A stretch of 64,000 nucleotides of DNA from an uncultured bacterium (GTDB taxonomy: Bacteria > Acidobacteriota > HRBIN11 > JAKEFK01): positions 224,001 through 288,000 of the forward strand of contig CAVZQN010000004.1 in NCBI GenBank assembly GCA_963777505.1, in the 5' to 3' direction. The translations under genes and the position numbers were made by a program. The notes below the pieces were generated by a model. The model had not been told where the DNA came from. It ran no database searches and worked only from the letters and a program-made list of their open reading frames with translations. Below, piece by piece: positions 10,975 through 22,214 of the stretch; the stretch's first letter is position 1; every line of letters begins with the position of its first letter.

Positions 10975-12270
10975 ATGCCGCGAAATACGTCTCTGATTTT
11001 ATGTTTTGTTTTAGTCGTTCTTCTTGCCCCTCCTGTCTTCCCTCAACTTGAAGAAGAAGTCCGCGTAGATTTGATCGAAGTCTGGGCCAAGGTAACGGAC
11101 AAAGATAATAAGGTCGTTACCGATTTGCGTCCTGAAGAGTTTTCCATCCTCATCGATGGAAAACAAATGGAAATGAAGTGCTTCGATAAAATCTTTGATG
11201 ATCCGCCACCGGTTGTTGCTGACGAAGACTCGATTAGCTTTGAAGACTCTCAACCAAACTCGCGGCGTGTAAAAAGATCATTTGTTTTTTTCTTCGATCT
11301 CCTTCATTCATCTGCGCGTGATATTGATTTCCTGAAAAACAAAATCGGCGACTTTCTTGAAACATCCTTTCATGAAGAACAAGATCAGGGTGTGGTTTTC
11401 GTACTTTTACCCTCTCTGCATTTGGGTGTAGTTCAAAAAATGACCAGAAGCCGTGAAGCCTTGATCGATGTAATTTCGAAAATGCGCGGCAATGCAAATC
11501 AAGACATTCGTATTAGAAACAATGAAAAAGAACTTTTAGAAGTTTTGTATGCATTTGGACAGGGTAGCAATTCAACACAAGGTGGAGATAGAGGCGGTGC
11601 TGCAAGCAGATCCGTTGAAACAATTCGACAGGCTCGTGGCCTTGCTAGAACATTTGCATCACAGGACAAGAATCTCAGCAAAATTACGTTGAATTCATTC
11701 CTTTCGATTTCAGATTATCTTACAGACAATGCCAGTCCGGGACGTCTTGTCATGATGTATGTCAGCGGTGGATTTTCGCTTCGTCCGGGACAAAATTATT
11801 ACGAAATTGTCGATAAAGCCATTGATGACACCTCTGTAGTCGGCAGTGAAGATATGGTCTTTCGCGATAGGCCTGATAATGACTTTGAACTTGAAGTTAG
11901 AAATGCGATCGGTTTGTTAAATCGATTGAACGTTACGATTTATTCCATCGATGCGAATGGAATGTTGGAATATAATCGCGGCGCCGACAGGGATACCCGT
12001 ATGGCTCAACTCGGGATCAATAACATTACGTATACCCAAGAACTGCAAGACTCGCTTGCAATGATTTCCCGCGAAACCGGCGGTATGGCCTTCCTGAACA
12101 GCCAAAATTTTGCGAAGGGCTTGGCAGAAGTCGCTAATGATATGAATCAACAATACTGGCTCTGCAGCACCCTCCCTCAATTTAAGAAACGCGGCACGTA
12201 TCACAAAATTGATGTGAAAGTCGCCCGTAATGATCTGAATGTACGACACAGAAAAGGATACGTAGAGTAA
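10975..12270 (+). CDS. VWFA-related Acidobacterial domain protein
   Basis: VRVDLIEVWAKVTDKD, FFDLLHS, VTIYSID, SRETGG and YHKIDVKV...VRHRKGY signatures. Confidence 0.8.
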   Translation: MPRNTSLILCFVLVVLLAPPVFPQLEEEVRVDLIEVWAKVTDKDNKVVTDLRPEEFSILIDGKQMEMKCFDKIFDDPPPVVADEDSISFEDSQPNSRRVKRSFVFFFDLLHSSARDIDFLKNKIGDFLETSFHEEQDQGVVFVLLPSLHLGVVQKMTRSREALIDVISKMRGNANQDIRIRNNEKELLEVLYAFGQGSNSTQGGDRGGAASRSVETIRQARGLARTFASQDKNLSKITLNSFLSISDYLTDNASPGRLVMMYVSGGFSLRPGQNYYEIVDKAIDDTSVVGSEDMVFRDRPDNDFELEVRNAIGLLNRLNVTIYSIDANGMLEYNRGADRDTRMAQLGINNITYTQELQDSLAMISRETGGMAFLNSQNFAKGLAEVANDMNQQYWLCSTLPQFKKRGTYHKIDVKVARNDLNVRHRKGYVE

Positions 12271-12511
12271 TACTTTGAGTCTCTGCGGTAAAAGCATTTT
12301 TTAACTTTTTTCGATCCAGCGTTCGTATTCCAAATATGCGTTTTCATGCTATAATCCCGCCATTCCGTAGCTAAAACTAACCATCTCACACAATTTTTTT
12401 TGGATGCTTTTTGTCGTGAAATCCAAGATTTTGGACGCGGAAGGCAAGGGGAATGCAGTCAATTGTCGCTAAGTGATTGAGTTTCCTGTCACAATATTAT
12501 TTGTCCGGATG

Positions 12512-12527
12512 TGGCACGACCCTTGCT
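12512..12527 (+). promoter_or_regulatory. Sigma54 (-24/-12) promoter for the outer-membrane transporter
   Basis: TGGCAC-GACCC-TTGCT is an exact TGGCAC-N5-TTGCW match, about 100 nt upstream of ATG 12629. Confidence 0.8.
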
Positions 12528-12628
12528 CAATATCGAACGGAACCCAGTTTTCATTATACAAAAAAGGTAGGGGAACAGTTCTCCTAACCTGATCAAAAAC
12601 GCTAATCTCTCTCTTTTACGGAGGAGCC

Positions 12629-15544
12629 ATGAGAAATAAGATTCTGCTTGCCCTCGTGGTGGCTCTCGCCTTTACAAGCCCTGTTTTCGCGCAAGTTGCG
12701 TTGAAGACAGGGTCAATCTACGGAAAGACCGTTGATGACAAAGGCGCACCACTGCCTGGAGTAGGCATCACGCTGGAATCGGATGTAATTCCGACACAGA
12801 CCGCAACGTCTGGACCTTCCGGCGGTTTTCGTTTTGCGAACCTGCCTCCTGGTACATATTCTGTGAACTTCTCGATCGAAGGTTTTACAGAAGTACGTCA
12901 GGAAGAAGTGCGAGTCAGCACAGGCAGCCAGGTACAACTTGAGATCACATTGAAACCGTCTTTGGCGGAAGAGTTCACAGTTATCGGTGAAACACCGGTT
13001 GTGGACACCAAAAAGACTGGTATCTCTGATACCTTCAATCGTGATTATCTTGAAGATGTACCAAGTGCCCGTGACCCTTGGACGATCATCGATCAAACCT
13101 CGGGTATCGATTCTGACCGCTACAACGTAGCAGGTTCTGAATCAGGCCAACAGGCAGCATTTATTGCCCGTGGCGGAAGTGACGATAACACCACATGGAA
13201 CTATGATGGTGTGAACGCCACCGACCCAGGTGCAATCGGTGCATCACCAACCTACTTCGATTTTGATGCATTTGAAGAACTGCAAATCTCCACCGGTGGA
13301 AACGATGCATCAGTAGGAACCGGCGGTGTTGTAGTGAACATCGTTACAAAACGTGGTGGAAATAAGTGGGAAGGTAATGCTTCCTATTTTTATGCTGGTG
13401 ACAGCCTTCAGGGTGATAACACTCCTGATGAACTCGCAGCCATCGGTGCCAAATCCAATCGTCTCGATGAGGTGAAGGATTATGGTTTCGATTTAGGCGG
13501 ACCGGTCATTAAAGATAGACTCTTCGTATGGGGCGCCTATCGTAAAAATGAAATCGGGCTGATCACAGTTTCCAACCTTCCTGATTTAACCAAGCTTGAA
13601 GATTACAACTTCAAAGCGAACGGCAACTGGAATTCAGCTAATGAATCTCAGTTCGGTTATTTCAAAGGTGACAAGTCCAAATCAGGCCGTGCAGCAATTT
13701 CGCCTGCTTTCCAAGCTCCAGAAACACTTTGGGAACAAAGCGGAACAGAAACAATTACTCCTGGAATTTGGACAGGACAACATACATGGATTCCAAACGA
13801 TCATACAATCATAACCGGCCGTTATGGTTATATCGGTCTTGGATTTGCGCTAGTTGCCCGTGGCGGACAAGACATTCCTATGATTCTTTTGTCAGCCATT
13901 CCACGCTGGGAAGATACGATCTGGACCTATGCTCCAATCGATCGTCCAGCTCATGATTACGTTGTTGACGCCAATTATTTTGCAGAAAATACGTTCGGCG
14001 GAGACCACGAATTCAAGTTTGGATTTGAATACAAGACCGCTAAGCTACATACAAGCAGCTTCTACGGCAACGGTATTTACATTGAAGACTCTTACCAGAC
14101 TGCGCCAGGCGGACCTTTAACTTCTGGCTATTTCAACCTGGTTCATCAGAATGATGGTCGTCTCGAAGAGCCGACTACCAGCTTCTATGTCAATGATACT
14201 TTCCGTAAGGACCGCTTTACACTGAACTTAGGCGTGCGTTTCGCCTCAATGACCGGTAAAAACCTGGCGTCTACATCGACGACTACTCCGGGATTTGAGG
14301 ATATTATGTCACCCGTTGCATTCGAGGGTAATGATCCCGGGGTCACGTTTAACGATCTTTCGCCACGCATCGGAGCTACCTATGATCTTTCTGGCGACGG
14401 CAAGACAGTTATCCGTGGAAATTACGCACGGTATTACGATGGATGGAACCCAGCGTACCTCATCCATTCAAACCCGACCTATGTATATAACGGTGCAAGC
14501 GCCACGTACACAAATCTAAATGGCGATCGTGTGATAACCCGAGATGAGCTTACCAGCGGCTTCAATTATTTTGGCGGGTCTGCTCAAGTCTTCGATATCG
14601 ACGGGTTCCTTGCCAAAAAACTGTATGCTGATGATCTTCAGAACGCAGGAAGTGACGAAATTCTAGCTGGTTTTGAAAGACAGCTATCGACAGATTTGTC
14701 AGTTAGCGCTACCTACACATATCGTCACTACTTTGACCAGATCGCGATTGTGCCAACGAATGTGTCTCCATCTGATTATGTACAAGACGGAGTGCAGACG
14801 TTCAACACTGTACTTGGCCAGTTTAATGTTCCGCGTTTCCTTTATCAGGGCACCAATGATGGAACGCAAATACTCCAAAACATCGATGGTTACTCACAAA
14901 GCTACAATGGTATCGATTTGAACATCCGCAAGAGAATGAGTAATAACTTCATGCTCAGCGGATCGATGGTATTGCAGAGGCAGAAAGCTTCTTACGATAA
15001 CCCAGAATCATCCTTGTACACGATCGGTGACGGCGGCATCACTGGACTTCCATTTCACGGAAACCCGAACAACACAGGGTTCCTGAACGATGAACCTTAC
15101 GCTTACGCCCCAGGTGGCAGCGGCAAGTCCGGAGTATATCCATACTCCGAATGGCAGTTCAAAATGAGCGGCGTGTATCAGTTCGGATGGGATTTCTCGG
15201 TCGGCGGGTTTGCTCGCTACCAGCAAGGCTATCCATTTGTTCTGTGGGCTAGGACCAGTGATCCCGGTCTCGCATCAGCTCTTGGAACAACTAGCAGCTT
15301 GAACCTGGTTGAACCTCTCGGCGAACGCCGGTTCGAAAATATTTTCACTCTGGATCTCCAGTTTGAAAAAGGCTTCGAATTTGGTAACTATGGCCGTTTG
15401 GCTCTGTCCGCGAACCTGTTTAACGTGACAAACACGAATACAATTATTCGTAGAAACCGTCAGGTAGCATCCACCGGTTTGAATGGAATCGATGAGTTAA
15501 TTTCTCCTCGTGCACTTCGTATCGGTGTTCGTTACAGTTTCTAG
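12629..15544 (+). CDS. Oar-like / TonB-dependent outer-membrane transporter with N-terminal CarboxypepD_reg-like domain
   Basis: Signal peptide; plug-like YDGVNATD and GGVVVNIVTKRGGN motifs; beta-barrel strands; C-terminal RIGVRYSF (BAM signal Phe); SD GGAGG. Confidence 0.88.
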   Translation: MRNKILLALVVALAFTSPVFAQVALKTGSIYGKTVDDKGAPLPGVGITLESDVIPTQTATSGPSGGFRFANLPPGTYSVNFSIEGFTEVRQEEVRVSTGSQVQLEITLKPSLAEEFTVIGETPVVDTKKTGISDTFNRDYLEDVPSARDPWTIIDQTSGIDSDRYNVAGSESGQQAAFIARGGSDDNTTWNYDGVNATDPGAIGASPTYFDFDAFEELQISTGGNDASVGTGGVVVNIVTKRGGNKWEGNASYFYAGDSLQGDNTPDELAAIGAKSNRLDEVKDYGFDLGGPVIKDRLFVWGAYRKNEIGLITVSNLPDLTKLEDYNFKANGNWNSANESQFGYFKGDKSKSGRAAISPAFQAPETLWEQSGTETITPGIWTGQHTWIPNDHTIITGRYGYIGLGFALVARGGQDIPMILLSAIPRWEDTIWTYAPIDRPAHDYVVDANYFAENTFGGDHEFKFGFEYKTAKLHTSSFYGNGIYIEDSYQTAPGGPLTSGYFNLVHQNDGRLEEPTTSFYVNDTFRKDRFTLNLGVRFASMTGKNLASTSTTTPGFEDIMSPVAFEGNDPGVTFNDLSPRIGATYDLSGDGKTVIRGNYARYYDGWNPAYLIHSNPTYVYNGASATYTNLNGDRVITRDELTSGFNYFGGSAQVFDIDGFLAKKLYADDLQNAGSDEILAGFERQLSTDLSVSATYTYRHYFDQIAIVPTNVSPSDYVQDGVQTFNTVLGQFNVPRFLYQGTNDGTQILQNIDGYSQSYNGIDLNIRKRMSNNFMLSGSMVLQRQKASYDNPESSLYTIGDGGITGLPFHGNPNNTGFLNDEPYAYAPGGSGKSGVYPYSEWQFKMSGVYQFGWDFSVGGFARYQQGYPFVLWARTSDPGLASALGTTSSLNLVEPLGERRFENIFTLDLQFEKGFEFGNYGRLALSANLFNVTNTNTIIRRNRQVASTGLNGIDELISPRALRIGVRYSF

Positions 15545-15556
15545 TTTTAATTCCTT

Positions 15557-15593
15557 TGGGGCATCCGCGTACTGCGGGTGCCTCATTTTTTTT
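15557..15593 (+). terminator. Rho-independent terminator
   Basis: TGGGGCATCCGC...GCGGGTGCCTCA stem followed by T8, directly after the transporter stop. Confidence 0.85.
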
Positions 15594-15747
15594 GGTTTCC
15601 ATATATTTCGTCATTACTCGCTCCACCGTAGATGACGTCAACCTCAGCTTCTCCGCAGATCTTGTCTGCGCCACCTAGTTCATTGATTTGGTCATTGCCA
15701 CCAAGACCACACATTACATCATTGCCGGACGTTCCATTAATTGCGAT
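15583..15747 (-). pseudogene. Remnant of an RTX/hemolysin-type Ca-binding repeat gene
   Basis: Manual translation IAINGTSGNDVMCGLGGNDQINELGGADKICGEAEVDVIYGGASNDEIYG shows 9-aa periodic GxxGND-like repeats. An in-frame TAG precedes it. Confidence 0.65.
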
Positions 15748-15768
15748 CTATAATTGCTCTTTCACTCT

Positions 15769-18015
15769 ATGGTAAACAAAACTTTCTTTAAATGGGTCGC
15801 GCTTACAGTTTTTGTAATCCTGGCATGCTTTGGCGCTTTAATATTTGCTAAGAGAGGGAATACAGAAATTCGGGCTGGCAGTTACAGCAACCACAATATT
15901 CTGTTAATAACGTTGGATACAGTTCGTGCAGACCGTTTGCCAGCCTATGGATACACGGGACTTCTAGCCCCCAATTTAGATCGTCTTGCCCAGGAAAGTT
16001 TTCTATTTGAAGATGCTATTGCACAGGTACCTCTTACACTGCCATCGCATATATGCATGTTAACTGGAAGATTGCCGATTGGTCATGGAGTACGGGACAA
16101 TGCTGGTTATTTCTTGGATCAAAAAGAAACCACTCTTGCTGAAGTCTTAAAAGAAGCAGGTTACTCAACAAGCGCTTTTGTATCGGCAGCAGTTCTAGAA
16201 TCGCGCTGGCGCATCGATCAAGGATTTGATCTCTATGATGATTACTTTCAGGCAGGACTATCGCATGAAATCGATATAGGCGAAATTCAAAGACTCGCCG
16301 GTGAAACGGAAGTTGAGGTAGAACGCTGGTTGGAAGATCACAAACGTGAAAAGTTTTTCACCTGGGTCCATTTCTACGATCCGCATGATCCTTATGATCC
16401 TCCTGAACCTTTTAAGACCAGATACTCAAGCGATCCTTATAACGGAGAAATTGCGTATGTTGATGAAATAATCGGGAAATTGCTAAAAAAACTGGAAACG
16501 CTGCAGTTGAAAGACCGGACGATTATTGTACTGACGGCTGATCATGGTGAAAGTTTGGGAGAACATAATGAAGCTACACATGCCGTATTTTTATATCGTA
16601 CAACTCTGCATGTACCGCTGATGATATACATTCCGGGAACAAAGAGTGCACGGATTTCTGGTACTGTAAGTCATATAGATTTGGCGCCAACCATACTGGA
16701 GCTACTCGGACTAGAAAATATGGAACGGATGCATGGAATGAGTTTGCTCGGAAAAATGAATGGCACTGAAAAGGCGGAACGATCTGCCTACAGTGAAAGC
16801 TTGTTTGCGGAACTCCATTACGGTTGGAGCCCTCTGAAGAGTATAACAACAAACGAGTATAGATATATTCGATCACCTCGAGCGGAGTTATATGATATGA
16901 GAACAGACGATGCTGAGACCAAGAATTTAATTTCAGAGAAACGATCCATTGCGAAAGTGATGGATTCGAAATTGAGCGAATTGCTCACGAAATATTCGAG
17001 TGAAAACCTTGCAGGTCCTCAGAAAATGGATCCAGAAACAGAAGAAAAACTACGAGCATTAGGATATACGGGGAGCACCGTACGAAGTACTGAAGATAGT
17101 CGTAGGATCGATCCTAAGGATAAATCTGATATTATGCGCCGAATTCAAGCCGCTTCCGGATTGGTACAGACGAAGCAGTACGATCTAGCGCTCCAGGAGT
17201 TGATGCCAATACTGCAGACTGATCCAAGCATCGTCGACGCACATTCTGCAGCAGGTGTTGCCTATTTGCGCATGGGTAAATACGATTCTGCGATCATGGA
17301 ATTCCGCAAGACTCTGCAATTGCAGCCGGATGATGCTCGCGCCATCTACAATCTTGGCTATGCCTTGGAGTTGAAAGGACAAAAAGCTGATGCGGAGTTC
17401 TGGTTTATAAAGGCACTTGAAATGAATCCTGATAATGTGTTCGCAATTCTTAAGCTTGCTCATCTGTATAGATCGATGAATCAACAGGAAGAATCGCGCC
17501 GCTTTTTCAGCCGCGCGGCGGAATTCTATGAACAAATTCAAAGAAAAACGAGCGATGAAAGGCAGAAAGCGGACATCTATTCAATTGTTGGTGAAATATA
17601 CATGGGAGCAGGTCAGATTGAACTTGCGGAACAAAACTATATTGCTGCAATAGAGATTGCTTCAAAAAATGAATCTGTCAATGCGGATTGCTTCGTGCGT
17701 CTTGGTCTTCTATATCATGCCGCATCAAAGTATGAGCAAGAGAAAGCCGTTTTTCAGAAAATGATCCTTGTCCGTCCCAGCGACTCACGCGGCTACTTTT
17801 ATCTTGCCAAACTACTCCTTGATCAGAAGAGTGATCTAAACGAAGTAATCCGTCTATCTCAGAAAGGCTTATCATTGAATCCTCCTACTGAAATGCAAGT
17901 CTTCGGACACTATCTTCTTGGCAACGGTTACAATCTAACCGGACGAATTGCCGAAGCACGTCAGGAGTTTGCACACGCAGAACAATTGGAGAAATCGATC
18001 CTAGATGTTCATTGA
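15769..18015 (+). CDS. Membrane-anchored sulfatase-like (alkaline phosphatase superfamily) hydrolase/transferase + TPR, paralog 1
   Basis: LDTVRAD, TLPSH, HFYDPHDPY, TADHGE and EKLRALGY motifs; C-terminal TPRs. Confidence 0.85.
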   Translation: MVNKTFFKWVALTVFVILACFGALIFAKRGNTEIRAGSYSNHNILLITLDTVRADRLPAYGYTGLLAPNLDRLAQESFLFEDAIAQVPLTLPSHICMLTGRLPIGHGVRDNAGYFLDQKETTLAEVLKEAGYSTSAFVSAAVLESRWRIDQGFDLYDDYFQAGLSHEIDIGEIQRLAGETEVEVERWLEDHKREKFFTWVHFYDPHDPYDPPEPFKTRYSSDPYNGEIAYVDEIIGKLLKKLETLQLKDRTIIVLTADHGESLGEHNEATHAVFLYRTTLHVPLMIYIPGTKSARISGTVSHIDLAPTILELLGLENMERMHGMSLLGKMNGTEKAERSAYSESLFAELHYGWSPLKSITTNEYRYIRSPRAELYDMRTDDAETKNLISEKRSIAKVMDSKLSELLTKYSSENLAGPQKMDPETEEKLRALGYTGSTVRSTEDSRRIDPKDKSDIMRRIQAASGLVQTKQYDLALQELMPILQTDPSIVDAHSAAGVAYLRMGKYDSAIMEFRKTLQLQPDDARAIYNLGYALELKGQKADAEFWFIKALEMNPDNVFAILKLAHLYRSMNQQEESRRFFSRAAEFYEQIQRKTSDERQKADIYSIVGEIYMGAGQIELAEQNYIAAIEIASKNESVNADCFVRLGLLYHAASKYEQEKAVFQKMILVRPSDSRGYFYLAKLLLDQKSDLNEVIRLSQKGLSLNPPTEMQVFGHYLLGNGYNLTGRIAEARQEFAHAEQLEKSILDVH

Positions 18016-18124
18016 TTTCCACCTCCGCTTTTGCACAAAAGTGCGCCCTAATTTTTTTGCCCGAAGTTTCTCACTTCACACCAAAGACTTATAATTACTT
18101 TCTTGTCATCCTCCTGGTTCCCTG

Positions 18125-20418
18125 ATGTCAAAAAAGAAAAATAAATCACACAAAATCCGGTCGGCACAGAAAGAACAAAGTCTTCAGCCAGTTGTTGTGA
18201 AAGGACCAACGAACAACAGACGGTCGCTCATGGTTCTGACTGTAGTGAGTATTATTGTTGCTGCCGGTATTTTTGTATTTTGGCGCTCAAAATCCGTATC
18301 GTTTGATGCGGGGCAATTTAAAGATTACAACGTGGTGTTGATCACGCTTGATACACTTCGCGCAGATCATTTGCCCTCGTATGGATATGCTGGCGTAAAA
18401 ACTCCAAACCTGGATCGCATTGCTGCAGAATCAATTCAATTCGAACGAGCCTTTGCGCATGCTCCACTAACTTTGCCTTCGCATACTTCCATTCTCACGG
18501 GACGCCTGCCAATTTCACATGGTGTACGCGATAATGCCGGCTATCATCTTGAAGATTCTGAAACAACCATTGCAGAAATTCTAAAAAGCCGCGGCTACTC
18601 AACATCTGCATTCGTTTCTTCGTTTGTGCTTGATTCTGTTTTCAATATTAATCAAGGCTTTGATTTTTATTATGACAATTTTGATACAGCAGAATTTCAG
18701 GGACTCGACCCTCGTGCAATTGAACGCCGCGCTGATGAAACTTTAGCTGAAGTTCAACTCTGGATCGATAAAAATTCAGCTAAGAAATTTTTTGCATGGG
18801 TGCACTTTTATGATCCACATGATCCGTATGATCCGCCAGAACCATATCGTTCTGAGTACACATCAATTCCGTATGATGGCGAAGTTGCATATACAGATTG
18901 GGCTGTAGGTCAGCTAGTTTCGAAAATAGAGTCAGCAGGTTTAATGTCAAAAACGATATTTGTCATCACTGCCGATCATGGGGAAGGTCTGGGTGAACAT
19001 GGTGAATCCCGGCATGGATTGTTTATTTATAACAGCACTGTTCATGTTCCGCTTCTGATCCGTCTGCCAGGAGGAAAAAACCGGCGAGTTGAACAATTAG
19101 TCCGGCATATTGATCTGACTCCAACAATCCTGGACCTTCTTGGTGTTTCTGTTCCAAAAAATATTCAGGGAGCGAGTGTCATACCTTTATTAAAAGGGCA
19201 GGAAAAGTCAGAAAGATTTGCGTACAGCGAAAGTTTGTATTCAAGCCTTCATTATGGCTGGGCTCCGCTGGAATCGGTGACTTCAAAAAAGTACAAATAC
19301 ATACAAGCTCCGCGTGCAGAACTCTTCGATCTTGAATCTGATTTTTCAGAATCTACGAATCTGGCGGTTAAAAATGGTCCTCTTGCTCGCGCGATGAAAT
19401 CTGAGTTACAAGAAATAATCGATAAATACACGAATAAAGACATTACAGACTCAGATCTCCAATGGAACCAGAAATGGCTGAGAAACTTCGATCACTCGGA
19501 TACATCAGTTCTCAAGCCTCAAAACCGGAGCAGAATTCAAACGTTGATCCGAAAGACAAAGTGCACATAGCAGTTGCAGTTCAGGATGCTGCAGGCGCAG
19601 CTCTGATCGACAACTACCCGCTTGCAATCCGATTGATTGAGCCTGTCATCAAAGAACAACCAAACATGAGTGAAGCATTATATGTGGCAGGTGTATCCCA
19701 TGCATCTGTTGGAGACTACGACAAGGCAATCGATTACCTGCTTCAGACAATAAAACTGATCCCTGACCATGCGATGGCTCAATACAATCTTGGGGCAGCT
19801 TACATGATGAAGAATGATTTGAAAGAAGCCGAGTACTGGTTAAAAAAAGTAGTAGAAAAATCTCCTAAGCTTATGAATGCTCAAGTCAAACTCGGCCAGG
19901 TTTATATGATGCAAAATAATCCGGAAAAAGCAGCGCCCCATTTTAATGTAGCAATCAAATTTTATGAAGATACGTTGAATAAATCTGGATCGTCAAAAGC
20001 AGGTGGTGATCTTTATGCATCGCTTGCGGAAATTCAATTTTCAGCAGGTCAGCATAAAAAGGCTCAAGAGAATCTGAGACAGGCGATCCAGCTCGAACCT
20101 TCAAAACCAATGTTGCATTATAACCTTGGGCAAGTCTATGAAGCGTTGAATGACAAGGGTGCTGCAATCCAGGAATACGAAGAAGAAGTCAGAATCAACC
20201 CTTCAAACTTCAAAGCATTTACAAATGCAGGAATTTTATATTATGAAGCAAAAAAGCTGACAGATGCCGCGCGATGTTTTCAGAAATCCGTGGAGTTAAA
20301 TCCTGCCGATCCACGCGGATATTTGCAATTAGCCGCGGTTTACAAAATGATGGGAAAGCATCGCGAAGCGGAAGACTTGCTAAAAGTTGTGAGAGAACGC
20401 GGCGTCTCGTTAAATTAA
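18125..20418 (+). CDS. Sulfatase-like + TPR, paralog 2; one frameshift near 19460
   Basis: ORF 18125-19570 (TLPSH, DPHDPY, TADHGE) joins ORF 19462-20418 (EKLRSLGY, TPRs). Confidence 0.8.
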
Positions 20419-20436
20419 GCGAGTTTCCGAAAGCTG

Positions 20437-20504
20437 GTAGGGCGGCCGCTTTGGCCGCCCTGGAGAAAATCTTTTAACCGGGCGACCACAAGGGTCGCCC
20501 CTAC
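20437..20504. repeat. GTAG-type REP dyad between convergent genes
   Basis: GTAGGGCGGCCGCTTTGGCCGCCC and the inverted GGGCGACCACAAGGGTCGCCCCTAC. Confidence 0.7.
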
Positions 20505-20522
20505 AACCCGCAGTAACACTAA

Positions 20523-22214
20523 CTATTCACGCAACGTTACAAGCTGATTTGCGTTAACATTTTCTAATTTTTGGGTACTTCCACTCGGCCAAAAAACTTC
20601 AACAAGTTTTACTTGTTTGTTGGATCCGAGACCGAATGTGACAATCAATTCGTTTTGTGAACAGTAGCTTGCGCCCGTTTTAACTTGCTGCCATTTCTTA
20701 GTGCCATCATTCAGATGAACCACGATCTTGGCGCCAATTCCATCGCGGTTGCTTTTGCTGCCGGTTGTTTTGAATCGAATGTAATTGTTTTTATTGCCAC
20801 CATCATTACGGAAGAGTTGAGCTGGGCCTGAATTAGTTGAAATCAAAACATCCAGGTCGCCATCATTGTCAATGTCGCCATACGCGGCGCCTCGCGCGAC
20901 AATTGGTTTAGAGAAATCCTTGCCAACCTTTTTGGTAAATTCTTCGAATCGTTTTTCGCCAAGGTTTCTAAACAAATGTGGACTCTGCGCATACGTAACT
21001 TGTTGTTGTACGACATTGATATCATCATGAACGTGACCGTTCGCGCCTAAGATGTCGGAATATCCGTCCAGATCAAAATCAAAGAAAAAAGCGCCGAACG
21101 TAAGTTTCAGCAACGTAGCCTGTCCCACCGTTGTAGCAGGTGCTTCATCGATAAAAAGACCTGTGCCTTCATTGTGATACAAAGCCATCATTTCGTTTGA
21201 AAAATTTCCGATGATAAGGCTCGGGTAGCCTGAGTCATCATAATCGGCAGCATCCACTCCCATCCCTGCGCGCGGGATACCTGTTTCGCCGTAAGCCACA
21301 CCAGCCATCATGGCCATCTCTTTGAATTTGCCGTTGCCATTGTTGTGATAAAGCTTATTGGGTTGAGTATCGTTCGCAACAAAAAGATCCGGCCATTGAT
21401 CCAAATCGTAATCAAGAACTACGACACCAAGCGCTTTGCTAACATCATCAAATAGTCCGGCAGTTTTAGTGGTATCCAGGAAAGTGCCGTTTCCATTATT
21501 TTTGTATAAGCGTGATGAAGCTCCTTTGTAAGATTCAGGAGTGCAGTACGATTTGTTAGTGCCATCGAGAGTACAAAAAAGATCGTTTTCGATTGTCCAT
21601 TTCACATAGTTCGTAACAAACAGATCCAAATGTCCATCCTTGTCATAATCAAACCATGTTGAGCTTGTGCCGAAATCCGGACTCCCTAATCCTGCTTGTT
21701 TTGTTACATCGCTGAAAGTTCCATCACCATTATTGCGAAACAACAAATCAGGTCCTAACGAACTGATATAAATATCGGAATCGCCATCGTTATCGTAATC
21801 ACCGATTGTCGTTCCCATGCCATATGTTTCCACGGCAAGTCCTGCTTGTTGTGTAACATCAGTGAATGTCCCGTTCTGATTGTTTTTATATAGAGCTGAA
21901 AAAGTTGGCTTTCGTTTGTTTGACGGCCAATCCATCGAATTGATTAGAAGAATATCCTGCCAACCATCGTTGTTGTAATCCAGAAACGCACATCCGGAGC
22001 CCATCGATTCAGGCAGATATTTTTTTCCAAACGCACCGTTATTATGGATGAAGGAGATTCCAGCCTGGCTTGTTACATTTTTGAATTCAAGCGGGAAAGT
22101 TTCCGATTTTGCCGGCGTAATAGCAGCCGGTGGCGCCGGTTCCGTGGTTTTTTGTTCCTGTTTGCAACAGGCCAATATCAATAGAAATACACAGGTTAGA
22201 AAGCGATTCATCAA
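20523..22214 (-). CDS. CRTAC1-family lipoprotein (FG-GAP repeats + ASPIC/UnbV domain)
   Basis: Lipobox-like LACC; repeated DYDNDGxxD motifs; RGAAYGDIDNDGDLD; NRDGIGA and SYCSQ...FGLG. Confidence 0.88.
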   Translation of the reverse strand: MMNRFLTCVFLLILACCKQEQKTTEPAPPAAITPAKSETFPLEFKNVTSQAGISFIHNNGAFGKKYLPESMGSGCAFLDYNNDGWQDILLINSMDWPSNKRKPTFSALYKNNQNGTFTDVTQQAGLAVETYGMGTTIGDYDNDGDSDIYISSLGPDLLFRNNGDGTFSDVTKQAGLGSPDFGTSSTWFDYDKDGHLDLFVTNYVKWTIENDLFCTLDGTNKSYCTPESYKGASSRLYKNNGNGTFLDTTKTAGLFDDVSKALGVVVLDYDLDQWPDLFVANDTQPNKLYHNNGNGKFKEMAMMAGVAYGETGIPRAGMGVDAADYDDSGYPSLIIGNFSNEMMALYHNEGTGLFIDEAPATTVGQATLLKLTFGAFFFDFDLDGYSDILGANGHVHDDINVVQQQVTYAQSPHLFRNLGEKRFEEFTKKVGKDFSKPIVARGAAYGDIDNDGDLDVLISTNSGPAQLFRNDGGNKNNYIRFKTTGSKSNRDGIGAKIVVHLNDGTKKWQQVKTGASYCSQNELIVTFGLGSNKQVKLVEVFWPSGSTQKLENVNANQLVTLRE

